A stretch of DNA of 32,657 nt from Actinomycetota bacterium (GTDB taxonomy: Bacteria > Actinomycetota > Acidimicrobiia > IMCC26256 > PALSA-555). Below the pieces are notes generated by a model that did not search any database, had not been told where the DNA came from, and saw only the letters and a program-made list of their open reading frames with translations. Below, piece after piece: positions 1 to 8,358 of the stretch. The DNA lies in the NCBI GenBank assembly GCA_036769425.1, contig DAIPLE010000001.1, forward strand, positions 3,790 to 36,446, written 5' to 3'. Position 1 is the stretch's first letter. Each line of letters starts with the position of its first letter. The translations under genes were made by a program, and so were the position numbers.

Positions 1-667
1 CCGCGGTCTTGAGACCGGCGAACGAGAAGTCGGGTTCGCCGGGCATCGCGCGCGGGAACCGGATGGCCTCCGCGTCGCCGTGGGCAGCGATGCCGTCAAT
101 GGCGGGACCACCGGGATAGCCGAGGCCGAGATGGCGGGCCACCTTGTCGAAAGCCTCCCCGGCGGCGTCGTCGACGGTCTGACCCACGACGCGGTAGCGC
201 CCGTGGCCTTCCATGATGACGGCCAGGGTGTGCCCGCCCGAGACGACGAGGACCGCGAGCGGCGGCTCGAGGTCGGGTTCCTCGAGCCAGGCGGCGTAGA
301 GGTGGGCCTCGAGGTGGTTCACGGCGACGTACGGCAACCCGGTGACGAGGGCGAGGGCCTTCGCGGCGCTCACACCGACGAGCAACGCGCCGGCGAGCCC
401 CGGACCGCGACAGGCCGCGACCGCCGCCAACCCGTCGAGGTCGATGGTGGCCTCGCCGAGCGCTTCGGCGATCACCGGGCCGACCAGGTCGACATGCGCC
501 CGGCTGGCGATCTCGGGGACGACGCCACCGAACCGGGCGTGCAAGTCGACTTGACTCGAGACGATCGAGGATTGGATGAACCGGCCGCCGGCCACGACAG
601 CCGCGGCGGTCTCGTCACACGAGGTCTCGATCCCCAAGATCGGGGCGTCCGCCTGGTTGCTCACCAT
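1..667 (-). CDS. tsaD: tRNA N6-adenosine threonylcarbamoyltransferase TsaD (N-terminal ~222 codons; gene continues beyond window edge)
   Basis: Absent from ORF track because it has no stop in the window. My translation from ATG at 667 reads [25 protein letters not shown]...[11 protein letters not shown]...VSGGHT...[23 protein letters not shown]...[10 protein letters not shown], which carries Kae1/TsaD signature motifs. It lies downstream of rimI, as in actinobacterial tsaE-tsaB-rimI-tsaD clusters. Confidence 0.9.
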   Translation of the reverse strand, partial: MVSNQADAPILGIETSCDETAAAVVAGGRFIQSSIVSSQVDLHARFGGVVPEIASRAHVDLVGPVIAEALGEATIDLDGLAAVAACRGPGLAGALLVGVSAAKALALVTGLPYVAVNHLEAHLYAAWLEEPDLEPPLAVLVVSGGHTLAVIMEGHGRYRVVGQTVDDAAGEAFDKVARHLGLGYPGGPAIDGIAAHGDAEAIRFPRAMPGEPDFSFAGLKTA

Positions 668-1206
668 CGGCGCTCGTCATACAGCGTCTCGCCCGGGATC
701 CCTCGTTCGAGCGCGGCGAGGAGCGCGGCGTAGTCACTGGTGTCGACCTCGTGCACCCACATGACGAGCGCATCCTCGTTGGTCTCTTGGTAGTAGTTCT
801 TTCGGACCCCGACCGGCCCGAACCCGAACCGGCGGTACAGGTCCTGGGCGGCATGGTTCGAGAGGCGGACCTCGAGGGTCATGTTGCGGGCACCGCGGGC
901 TAGCGCCTCCCGGGCGAGGACGAGGAGCAGACGGGTGCCGATCTTGTGGCGCTGGTGGGTCGGGTCCACCGCGATCGTCGTGATGTGGGCGTCGTCGCCG
1001 CTGAGCATGAGACCGGCGTACCCGATGACGTCGCGTCCCAACCGAGCGACGAAATAGGCCCGCGACCCTCGCAACGCCAGCTCGGACAGGAATAGCGAAT
1101 GACTCCAGGGGCGCGGGTAGACGAGCGCCTCGATTCGCAGCACCGAGCGCAGATGGCGTCGCCGCATGGGCAGCACGTAGACGACCAGCGGCGCGGTCAC
1201 GGTCAC
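661..1206 (-). CDS. rimI: ribosomal-protein-alanine N-acetyltransferase (GNAT family)
   Basis: 181 aa ORF with a GNAT acetyl-CoA loop ([11 protein letters not shown]). It sits between tsaB and tsaD. Its GTG start overlaps the tsaB stop (GTGA at 1203-1206). Confidence 0.8.
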   Translation of the reverse strand: MTVTAPLVVYVLPMRRRHLRSVLRIEALVYPRPWSHSLFLSELALRGSRAYFVARLGRDVIGYAGLMLSGDDAHITTIAVDPTHQRHKIGTRLLLVLAREALARGARNMTLEVRLSNHAAQDLYRRFGFGPVGVRKNYYQETNEDALVMWVHEVDTSDYAALLAALERGIPGETLYDERRW

Positions 1207-1895
1207 CGGGCCTGCTCCCAGGCCAGCTCGGCGTCACTCGCCCGCAGGTAGAGGGGCCGTACGTCGTGAGGCGAGACGAACTCTTCCCGTTCGACGCGTC
1301 CGCTCGCCAGCTCGACGAGGGCGGTGGCGCTCGGAGCCTCGAACGCCGGCCCCGCATGCTCCACCCGGTCGAGCGCCGCGAACGCGTCGCGGTTGGCGTC
1401 GACCCCGTCACCGGCGAGGAGGACTTCCTCGCCACCGGCCGCGAGCTCGGCGACCAGATCGCGAGCGGAGCCGACCGTGTAGTCAGAGACCCGCTGGACG
1501 CCGCCCGGGACCGGCCGGTACTGCGCCGAGTACACCTCATGGCGTCGGGCGTCGAGCACGACGGCGAGCAGGCGGTGGCTGTGCCGCAGCGGGTACGCGA
1601 CGAGGTCGGGGCTCGGTATCGCCACGACTGGGACCCGTAAGGCTTGGGCCATGATCTTCGCGGTCGTCACCCCGACCCGCAGGCCGGTGAAGAGACCGGG
1701 TCCGATCCCAACGGCCACCGCGGCAAGCTGGGCGAGCTCGATGTGGGTCTGCTCGCAGAGGTACGCGATCGCCGGAGCGAGCTGCTCGGCGTGGCGTCGC
1801 CGACCGGCGAGCCCGACCTCGGCGCGGACCCGGCCAGTGTCACCGATCGCGACTGCGACGCGGGAGGTGGAGGTGTCGATAGCGAGCAGGAGCAT
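1203..1895 (-). CDS. tsaB: tRNA threonylcarbamoyladenosine biosynthesis protein TsaB (YeaZ family)
   Basis: 230 aa. The N-terminus MLLLAIDTSTSRVAVAI and the GIGPGLFTGLRVGVTTAK motif are typical of YeaZ/TsaB. Its start overlaps the tsaE stop by 1 nt (TGATG). Confidence 0.88.
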   Translation of the reverse strand: MLLLAIDTSTSRVAVAIGDTGRVRAEVGLAGRRRHAEQLAPAIAYLCEQTHIELAQLAAVAVGIGPGLFTGLRVGVTTAKIMAQALRVPVVAIPSPDLVAYPLRHSHRLLAVVLDARRHEVYSAQYRPVPGGVQRVSDYTVGSARDLVAELAAGGEEVLLAGDGVDANRDAFAALDRVEHAGPAFEAPSATALVELASGRVEREEFVSPHDVRPLYLRASDAELAWEQAR

Positions 1896-2374
1896 CAGGC
1901 GGCTCCGACGGCGCCCGCCACCGCGTCGGCGCGAGGCATCCAGGATGGGCCCCGGAAGGTGATCGCGATCGTTCGTTCGTCGTCGGCATCGGAGTCGGCG
2001 GTGAGGTGCACCTCGAGATGTTCGGGGGCCAGGTAGGCCGCGGCGACGTCACCCCACTCGACGACGAGCACCGCGCCGTCCGCGACATCTTCGAGGCCGA
2101 GGTCGAGTACCTCCTGGGCCCGGTCGAGGCGGTACAGGTCGACGTGCACGAGCCGGAGACGACCCTCGTACTCGCGGGTGAGGGTGAACGTGGGGCTGAC
2201 AACACGGTCGGTGACACCGAGGCCGGCGGCGAGACCTTGCGTGAACGTCGTCTTCCCAGCGCCGAGGCCGCCGACGACGACGACGACATCGCCGGCGCGA
2301 AGCAGCGGCGCGATGCAGCGTCCGATCGAGCGGGTCTGCTCCGCAGTGCTGGTCACCACGGTGACGTCGCTCAC
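1895..2374 (-). CDS. tsaE: tRNA threonylcarbamoyladenosine biosynthesis ATPase TsaE
   Basis: 159 aa with P-loop GGLGAGKTTFTQGLA, then SPTFTL and HVDLYRL motifs. Its GTG start overlaps the upstream stop (GTGA). Confidence 0.9.
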   Translation of the reverse strand: MSDVTVVTSTAEQTRSIGRCIAPLLRAGDVVVVVGGLGAGKTTFTQGLAAGLGVTDRVVSPTFTLTREYEGRLRLVHVDLYRLDRAQEVLDLGLEDVADGAVLVVEWGDVAAAYLAPEHLEVHLTADSDADDERTIAITFRGPSWMPRADAVAGAVGAA

Positions 2375-2967
2375 GCGCTGCGAGCGCGCGCCAGCGTGCG
2401 CTTGACGAGCACGAAGTCCGCCCGAGCCTGCGCGAGCGCAGCGCCGCCGTTACGCAGGACCGCCGCGGGGTGCAGGGTGGGGATGAGGACGGCACGATCA
2501 TCGCGGTACGGGAACTCCGTGCCCCGCAGCTTGGTGATGCCCTGCTTGGTCCCGAGCAGGAGACGGGTCGCGAAATTCCCGAGCGTGACGACCACCCGGG
2601 GATCCAAGAAGTCGAGTTGCGCCTCGAGGTAGGGGCGACACGCGTCGATCTCAGATGGGAGGGGGTCCCGGTTCCCCGGCGGGCGGCATTTCACGACGTT
2701 GCAGATGTACACGTCGTCGCGGGTGAGCCCGATCCCCTCGATGAGTCGGGTGAGCAGCTGGCCGGCTCGACCGACGAAGGGGATCCCTTGTCGATCCTCC
2801 TCCGCGCCGGGCCCTTCGCCAACAAACACGAGACCCGCGTGGGGGTTCCCGACTCCGAAGACGACTTGGGTGCGGGTCTCGGCCAGGGGGCATTTGGTGC
2901 AGGTGCTGGCGACGGTGGCCAGCTCGTCAAAGGTCCGCCATCCGGGGGACGGGTCGAGCGTCGTCAT
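2371..2967 (-). CDS. uracil-DNA glycosylase, family 4 (Fe-S type)
   Basis: 198 aa with CTKCPL...VFGVGNPHAGLVFVGEGPGAEEDRQGIPFVGRAGQLL...CNVVKCRPPGNRDP...HPAAVLR. These match the family-4 GE(G/A)PG motif A, the Cys ligands and HPxxxLR motif B. ATGA overlap with the upstream gene. Confidence 0.88.
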   Translation of the reverse strand: MTTLDPSPGWRTFDELATVASTCTKCPLAETRTQVVFGVGNPHAGLVFVGEGPGAEEDRQGIPFVGRAGQLLTRLIEGIGLTRDDVYICNVVKCRPPGNRDPLPSEIDACRPYLEAQLDFLDPRVVVTLGNFATRLLLGTKQGITKLRGTEFPYRDDRAVLIPTLHPAAVLRNGGAALAQARADFVLVKRTLARARSA

Positions 2968-3869
2968 CGGGATCCATCATCGCTTGAGGTGACCGCGTCG
3001 CGCACCGCCGCGGCGACGACGTCGGTGGCGGCGACCCGGAGCCGGTCGAGGTGGGCGTCGACGGCCCCGGTGGCGAGCGCGATGGCGAGATCCCCATCGT
3101 GGCGGGTGTGCGACGGGTGCACGGCACGGACGATCCCGTGCTGGGCGCTCTGGGCCAGCAGCCAGCAGTCCGCTTTGGAGCAGCGGGCGTCGGTGGCGAC
3201 GACCACGAGCGTCGTGTTCGGATCGGCGGCACCGTCAAACGGGGTGGGTTCGGGAAACGACTCCGCATCGCTCGGTGCCCGGGACCCCGCGAGGAGGTTC
3301 CCGGACGCGTCGTGGACATCACCGAGGGCGTTGACAACGGCGAGCGCCCCCACCGTCGCGTCGCCGACCTTCGTGCTCGCCGAGCCCAGTCCCCCCGGTA
3401 CGGCATGCTCGGCGCCGCGCCACTTTCCCACCGTGGCGCCGGTACCCGCCCCCACACGACCGGTGACGAGCACCGGGTCAGCCCCGGCTGCCTCCGCGGC
3501 GAGGCGACCATCCTCGGGGCCGGGTCGAGTCCCGCCGGACTCGACGAGGTCGTAGATCGCGGCGGTCGGGACGATGGGGACCGGGCCGGCCCGAGTCGGG
3601 TAGCCCCGTCCCTGCTCGGCGAGCCAGTCGACGACTCCGTCGGCGACCGCGAGCCCGAACGCTGACCCGCCGGTCAAGACCACCGCGTCGACGTGCTCCA
3701 CCGTGCGGCTCGGTTCGAGCAGTGCGAGGTCACGGGTCGCCGGGCCACCGCCCCGCAACTCTCCCGAGCCGACGGTCCCCGGTGGGACGAGGACGACCGT
3801 GACGCCGGTGCCACCCCGGGCCCGGTGCCCGACTCGGAGGCCCGGCACGTCGGTGATCGACCCGGTCAT
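2964..3869 (-). CDS. P1/S58 family peptidase (DmpA/L-aminopeptidase-like Ntn hydrolase)
   Basis: 301 aa with ITDVPGLRVGH...TGVTVVL...LRGGGPATRDLALLEP...VDAVVLTGGSAFGL...VPIVPTAAIYDL...NTTLVVVATDA, which matches the Peptidase_S58 family pattern. ATGA overlaps at both ends. Confidence 0.78.
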   Translation of the reverse strand: MTGSITDVPGLRVGHRARGGTGVTVVLVPPGTVGSGELRGGGPATRDLALLEPSRTVEHVDAVVLTGGSAFGLAVADGVVDWLAEQGRGYPTRAGPVPIVPTAAIYDLVESGGTRPGPEDGRLAAEAAGADPVLVTGRVGAGTGATVGKWRGAEHAVPGGLGSASTKVGDATVGALAVVNALGDVHDASGNLLAGSRAPSDAESFPEPTPFDGAADPNTTLVVVATDARCSKADCWLLAQSAQHGIVRAVHPSHTRHDGDLAIALATGAVDAHLDRLRVAATDVVAAAVRDAVTSSDDGSR

Positions 3870-4873
3870 GCAGCACCGGCCGCAGCCGGCAGCACTCCGA
3901 GGTCGCGAGCGAAATCGATCAGCAGGTCATCGAACGCCTCGGTGCGCTCGAGCATGAGCATGTGCCCCGCGCCTTCAAAGAGGTGCAGCCGAGCTCCGGG
4001 GATGAGATTCGCCAGACGCCGAGACTCCGCCGGCGGTGTGATCACGTCCGCGGTGCCACCGACGACCAGGGTTGGGATGTCGAGGCTCGGCAGCTCGGCC
4101 GTCAGGTCGAGGCTGAGCAGAGCGGTCGTGGCCTCGCGGGCGGTGACGCTGTCGCAGCTGGCGAGCATCTCCCGATTGAGCTCCACCTGGCTCGCGAGGG
4201 GCTCACGGCCGAAACCGATACGCGCGAACATCGACCCGAGGTTCGGGCGGGCCATGACCTTGGGCAGGTCGAACCCGCCGGTGACACGTTCCGCAAGGCA
4301 ACGCAGCTGGCGGGACGCGGAGACGCTCGTCTTGGCGAGCGTGGACGCCAGCACGAGACCGCGAACCCGTTCGTGGAGGACGTCGGGATGGCGGAGCGCG
4401 AAGGCCTGCACCGCGACACCACCCATCGAGTGGCCCACAAGGATCGCGTCGCGAAGATCGAGGGCCTCGATCACGGTGCGCAGGTCGGCCGCGAGGTTGT
4501 CCACCGAGTGGCCGCTGTCCCCAACCGTCGATTCGCCGTGACCCCGATGATCGAACGCGATGACCTGCATGCCGCTACGAGGAAGCGACCGGAACTGCTT
4601 GACCCAGACTCGCGAGGTGATTGTGACCCCGTGGGACAAGAGGATCGGCACCCCGTTCCCGCGGATGGCGGTGTACACGGTCCCACCATCGTGGCCGGGA
4701 AGTCGGCGGGCCTCGTCGAACTCGAGCTGGCCGAGCGTCCCGGCGTCGGGGTCGGGGCGGCGACGGATCGCGGCCAGTGCGGCTCGCTGCGCGACGTACG
4801 CCGAACCGGCGGCCGCCGCGGCGACACCGGCGGCCACACCGACGGTCTTCAGCACGCGACGGCGGGTGCTCAT
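3866..4873 (-). CDS. alpha/beta-fold hydrolase with Tat-like or membrane-anchor N-terminus
   Basis: Track ORF is 3866..5083. I trimmed it to ATG 4873, which overlaps the alr stop (ATGA) and gives MSTRRRVLKTVGVAAGVAAAAAGS.... It has a GHSMGG nucleophile elbow, HG oxyanion motif (LLSHGVT) and a C-terminal GAGHMLMLE His motif. Confidence 0.8.
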   Translation of the reverse strand: MSTRRRVLKTVGVAAGVAAAAAGSAYVAQRAALAAIRRRPDPDAGTLGQLEFDEARRLPGHDGGTVYTAIRGNGVPILLSHGVTITSRVWVKQFRSLPRSGMQVIAFDHRGHGESTVGDSGHSVDNLAADLRTVIEALDLRDAILVGHSMGGVAVQAFALRHPDVLHERVRGLVLASTLAKTSVSASRQLRCLAERVTGGFDLPKVMARPNLGSMFARIGFGREPLASQVELNREMLASCDSVTAREATTALLSLDLTAELPSLDIPTLVVGGTADVITPPAESRRLANLIPGARLHLFEGAGHMLMLERTEAFDDLLIDFARDLGVLPAAAGAA

Positions 4874-6006
4874 CCGACGTACCGCCGGGGCACCCGAGGC
4901 CCGATCCCGGTCACGATCTCGTAGGCGATCGTGTCGAGCCGCTCCGCCCATTCTTCGGCGGTGACCTCGTCGTCGCCCTGGCGCCCGAGCAACACGACCT
5001 CGTCCCCGACCTCGACGGCCGCATCGCCGACATCGACCATGAGCTGGTCCATCGTCACGGTCCCCGCGATCGGATGGCGGCACCCACCGATCAGAACCTC
5101 ACCGCCCCGCAACCCGAGGTTCCGGGGGACCCCGTCGGCGTAGCCGACCGGGACGGTCACGATGCGCGAGCGCCGCGTGAGCTCGTACCGCAGGCCATAG
5201 GAGACGCGGGTCCCGGCCGGCAAGGTCTTGACGTAGGTGACCTGCGCCCGCAGCGAGAGGACCGGGGTGAGCGAGACGCGATCGGCGAGGGAGGGGGCGG
5301 GGGCGACGCCGTACAGCGCGATCCCAACCCGCACGAGGTCGAAGCAGGCGTCAGGTACGGCGAGCAGCGCGGCCGAGTTCGCGGCGTGGATGAGCCTGGG
5401 CCGACCGCGGGTGGCGTCGACGTCGTGCAGGACCTGGCGGAACTGATCCAGCTGCTCGTTGCTCTCCGAGCGGTCGGGTTCATCGGCGACGGCGAAGTGC
5501 GTGCAGATCCCGTCGAGGACGAGCTCGGGCCGGCCATCGATCGCGTCCACCAGGGTCGCCACCGCCTCGGGCGAGCATCCGACCCGGTGCATCCCGGTGT
5601 CGACCTTGAGGTGGACGGGCAAGGCCGCGTCGGGGCTCAGCTCGGCGACCGCCTTCGCCAACGCCTCGATTCCGAGCTCGGTGTAGACGACCGGCGTGAG
5701 CGCCGCCGAGACGACGGCGCCGGCAGCCTCCGGCGGGGGCTCGGACAGCACCAGGACCGGAGCGTCGATCCCCGCGGCGCGCAGCGCGGCGCCCTCTTCG
5801 ACGAGGGCCACACCGAGCCACGTGGCGCCGGCGTCGAGCGCGGCGCGCGCCACGGGCACCGCGCCGCACCCATACCCGTCGGCCTTGACGACCGCGAGCA
5901 GCGCGGCGGGCGCGGCGGTCTCGGCGAGAACCCGGGCGTTGGCCCGCACCGCGCCGAGGTCGACCTCACTCCAGGCCGGCCGGAAGTGCGGCGCGCCGCC
6001 CGTCAC
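4870..6006 (-). CDS. alr: alanine racemase
   Basis: 378 aa with PLP-lysine motif AVVKADGYGCGAV, RVGIALYG, VSYGLRY and PVGYADG. GTG start overlaps the upstream stop (GTGA). Confidence 0.93.
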   Translation of the reverse strand: MTGGAPHFRPAWSEVDLGAVRANARVLAETAAPAALLAVVKADGYGCGAVPVARAALDAGATWLGVALVEEGAALRAAGIDAPVLVLSEPPPEAAGAVVSAALTPVVYTELGIEALAKAVAELSPDAALPVHLKVDTGMHRVGCSPEAVATLVDAIDGRPELVLDGICTHFAVADEPDRSESNEQLDQFRQVLHDVDATRGRPRLIHAANSAALLAVPDACFDLVRVGIALYGVAPAPSLADRVSLTPVLSLRAQVTYVKTLPAGTRVSYGLRYELTRRSRIVTVPVGYADGVPRNLGLRGGEVLIGGCRHPIAGTVTMDQLMVDVGDAAVEVGDEVVLLGRQGDDEVTAEEWAERLDTIAYEIVTGIGPRVPRRYVG

Positions 6007-6473
6007 GTCTCCGCGGCGACTCGCCGCACCAGGTCACCCCGGGCGATGATCCCGACGAGGTGATGATCGGTGTCGATGACCGGCATGTGCGTCACGTCGC
6101 GGTCGTGCATCTTGGCTGCGACGTCGCCGAGTGTGTCGTCCGGGGCGCAGGATTCGAACTTGGTGGTCATGAGTTCACGCACCGTCGCGGCCACCATGCG
6201 CTTCAACTCGCCCTCAAAGCGCTTGGCCTGGCCCGGGAGGGGGAACTCCACACCGAGGCCGAAGTTGAACCAGGTGGGGACATGCAGGTTGGCTTCGGAG
6301 ACGATCAGGTCCTCGTCGCGGAGCACCCCGACCACTCGGTCGCCGTCGACGACCGGCGCCGCGCCGATCCCCTTCTTGGCCAGTAGATCCGCCGCGGCCT
6401 CGAAGGTCTGATCCGGTTGGAGCGTCACCACGTTTTTCGTCATGACATCGCGGACGGGGGTTGACGCTGGCAT
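6003..6473 (-). CDS. CBS-pair domain protein
   Basis: 156 aa with two CBS repeats (VRDVMTKNVVTL...APVVDGDRVVGVLRDEDL and VRELMTTKFESC...MPVIDTDHHLVGIIARGDL) separated by a ~45 aa linker. Its start abuts the nnr stop. Confidence 0.8.
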   Translation of the reverse strand: MPASTPVRDVMTKNVVTLQPDQTFEAAADLLAKKGIGAAPVVDGDRVVGVLRDEDLIVSEANLHVPTWFNFGLGVEFPLPGQAKRFEGELKRMVAATVRELMTTKFESCAPDDTLGDVAAKMHDRDVTHMPVIDTDHHLVGIIARGDLVRRVAAET

Positions 6474-7910
6474 TTACGGCTCCCGGGGGGTCGAGGTCAG
6501 GTCGGTGAGCGTGCGCGGCAGGGCCACGATCAGGTCACTGGCGATGAGTCCAGTATGCCCGGAGACGTCACCGGCGCGACCGTGGATGAAGGCGCCTGCG
6601 GCCGCGGCCTCGAAGGGGGACAGCCCTCGGGCGATCAGGCCGGCGATGATCCCGGAGAGGACGTCGCCGCTCCCAGCGGTCGCGAGTTCGGGGCCGCCGG
6701 TCGGGTTCAGGACGACGCGGCCGTCGGGCTCGGCGATCACCGTGGCTGGGCCTTTCAACAGCACGACCGCGCCGCTGAGCGTGGCGAGCCGCCGCGCCGC
6801 GTCGACCCGGTCGGTCCCGACGGGCTCACCGGCGAGCCGTTCGTACTCCGCGTCGTGGGGGGTCAGCACGGTCGGTCCGGGACGCTCACGAAGCTTGGCG
6901 GCATCGCCGGCGAAGACGTTGAGCCCATCGGCGTCGAGCACCATCGGGACCGTGGACGTCGCCACCAGCGCACGGACGGCGGCGCAGGTCGGGTCGGCGG
7001 TCCCGAGCCCCGGACCCACGGCAAGCGCCCGGAAGCGGTCGACGCTCGACAGCAGATCGTCGAGCCCGGCGAGCGCCCCGTCGCCAGTCGCGGGGAGCGC
7101 CTTGGTGATGATCTCGGAGCCGCCGGCGCGGGCCGCAGCCTCGTGACCGGGAACCCCGCACCAGACGATGCCCGCGCCGGCGCGCATCGCGGCCTCGCTG
7201 ACCATGTGCGGCGCCCCGGTCATCCCACCCGAGCCGCCGACGACGAGCACCCCGGCCTGCCATTTGTTGGTGTTCGGCGGACGCTCATGGGCGAGGAGCC
7301 AGCCACGCGCGTCGCGACGCTCAGTGAGCCCGAGTGTCACCGGGCCGAGCTCGATGCCGATGTCAGCAACCTGCACGACCCCGGCGTGGGAGCGGCCGGG
7401 CTCGAACACCAGACCGGGCTTCCGGGCGGCAAACGTGACGGTGGCGACGGCGTGGACCGCCACTCCCAACGCGGCGCCGGTCTGGCCGTCGACGCCGGAT
7501 GGAATGTCGACGGCGACCGTCGGCAGATCGGCGCTGCGCGTCGCGACGGTGGCGGCGGTGCCGTCGAGGGTGCCGGTGAAGCCCGTCCCGTACATGGCGT
7601 CGACAAGGAAATCGGCCCGGTCGAGCATCCGACCGAGCGCCGCGGCGTCGGGGGGATCGGCGAGCTGCGCGACGTCGACCTGAACTCCCCAGCCGGCGAG
7701 CACCCGGGCGGCAACGAGGCCGTCACCGCCGTTGTTGCCCTTTCCGCAGACAACGACGGCCCGGCGGCCGTAGACGCCGTCGAGGCGGCGCCGGACCGCC
7801 CACGCCACCGATCGTCCGGCGCGTTCCATGAGCACCTCGACGGGGGTGCCGGCCGCGATGGTGCGACGGTCAGCGTCGCCCATCTCCTGGGGTGTCACGA
7901 TGGGCTCCAT
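6474..7910 (-). CDS. nnr: bifunctional NAD(P)H-hydrate repair enzyme (epimerase / ADP-dependent dehydratase)
   Basis: 478 aa. The YjeF N-terminal domain has VVCGKGNNGGDGLVAARVL; the C-terminal carbohydrate-kinase-like domain has GGSGGMTGAPHM...LDADGL...TPHDAEYERL...GSGDVLSGII. Confidence 0.9.
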   Translation of the reverse strand: MEPIVTPQEMGDADRRTIAAGTPVEVLMERAGRSVAWAVRRRLDGVYGRRAVVVCGKGNNGGDGLVAARVLAGWGVQVDVAQLADPPDAAALGRMLDRADFLVDAMYGTGFTGTLDGTAATVATRSADLPTVAVDIPSGVDGQTGAALGVAVHAVATVTFAARKPGLVFEPGRSHAGVVQVADIGIELGPVTLGLTERRDARGWLLAHERPPNTNKWQAGVLVVGGSGGMTGAPHMVSEAAMRAGAGIVWCGVPGHEAAARAGGSEIITKALPATGDGALAGLDDLLSSVDRFRALAVGPGLGTADPTCAAVRALVATSTVPMVLDADGLNVFAGDAAKLRERPGPTVLTPHDAEYERLAGEPVGTDRVDAARRLATLSGAVVLLKGPATVIAEPDGRVVLNPTGGPELATAGSGDVLSGIIAGLIARGLSPFEAAAAGAFIHGRAGDVSGHTGLIASDLIVALPRTLTDLTSTPREP

Positions 7911-7918
7911 GCTCCCGC

Positions 7919-8299
7919 CTACCCGACGGCGATGGCCACCGCGAGGGCGGTGGTGTCGGTGTGGGTGAGCGACAGGTGCCAGCCCCGCACGCCTCGTTCG
8001 CTAGCGAGCTCTTGCGCGCGGCCGTGGAGCGCGACGCGGGGTGCGCCGCTGCGCTGGCGGACAACTTCGACGTCGCGGAGCTTGAACTTCCAGAGACCGA
8101 CCCCGAGGGCCTTCATGACGGCTTCTTTCGCCCCGAAGCGGGCGGCGAGGCTCTTGGCCGGGTCCTTCTGACGGTAGGCGTACGCGCGCTCGTCGTCGCT
8201 GAAGAGTCGTTCGTCGAGCCGTTGGCCGCGACGCTCCATGGCGAGACGGAAGCGGGGGATCTCGACGAGGTCGGTGCCGAGCCCCACGATGTTAAGCAT
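7919..8299 (-). CDS. acpS: holo-[acyl-carrier-protein] synthase
   Basis: Conserved N-terminus MLNIVGLGTDLVEIPRF and FGAKEAVMKALG...LSLTHTD. I prefer ATG 8299 (126 aa, GGGGGA upstream). An alternative GTG at 8362 overlaps the GlmS-like stop (GTGA) and would add 21 non-conserved residues. Confidence 0.85.
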   Translation of the reverse strand: MLNIVGLGTDLVEIPRFRLAMERRGQRLDERLFSDDERAYAYRQKDPAKSLAARFGAKEAVMKALGVGLWKFKLRDVEVVRQRSGAPRVALHGRAQELASERGVRGWHLSLTHTDTTALAVAIAVG

Positions 8300-8358
8300 G
8301 GCGTCCCCCAGCGCTGGTCCAGACGCGTCGCCGGTCGGCCCGGCCGGCGAGGGTTCGT

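Noticed and set aside
6555-8171. Long plus-strand ORFs antisense to conserved genes. Examples: 6555..8171 (538 aa), 4777..6063 (428 aa), 21825..23126 (433 aa), 2470..3555, 9700..10701, 12182..13204, 16830..17903, 24199..25272 and 80..733. Minus-strand ORFs such as 14099..15139 and 15158..16090 lie antisense or out of frame to the NPP gene and truA.
   Set aside because: These are classic high-GC shadow ORFs. They are entirely overlapped by genes with unmistakable conserved motifs, have Arg/Gly/Pro/Asp/Ala-dominated low-complexity translations, carry no recognisable motifs, and have no independent start or SD context.
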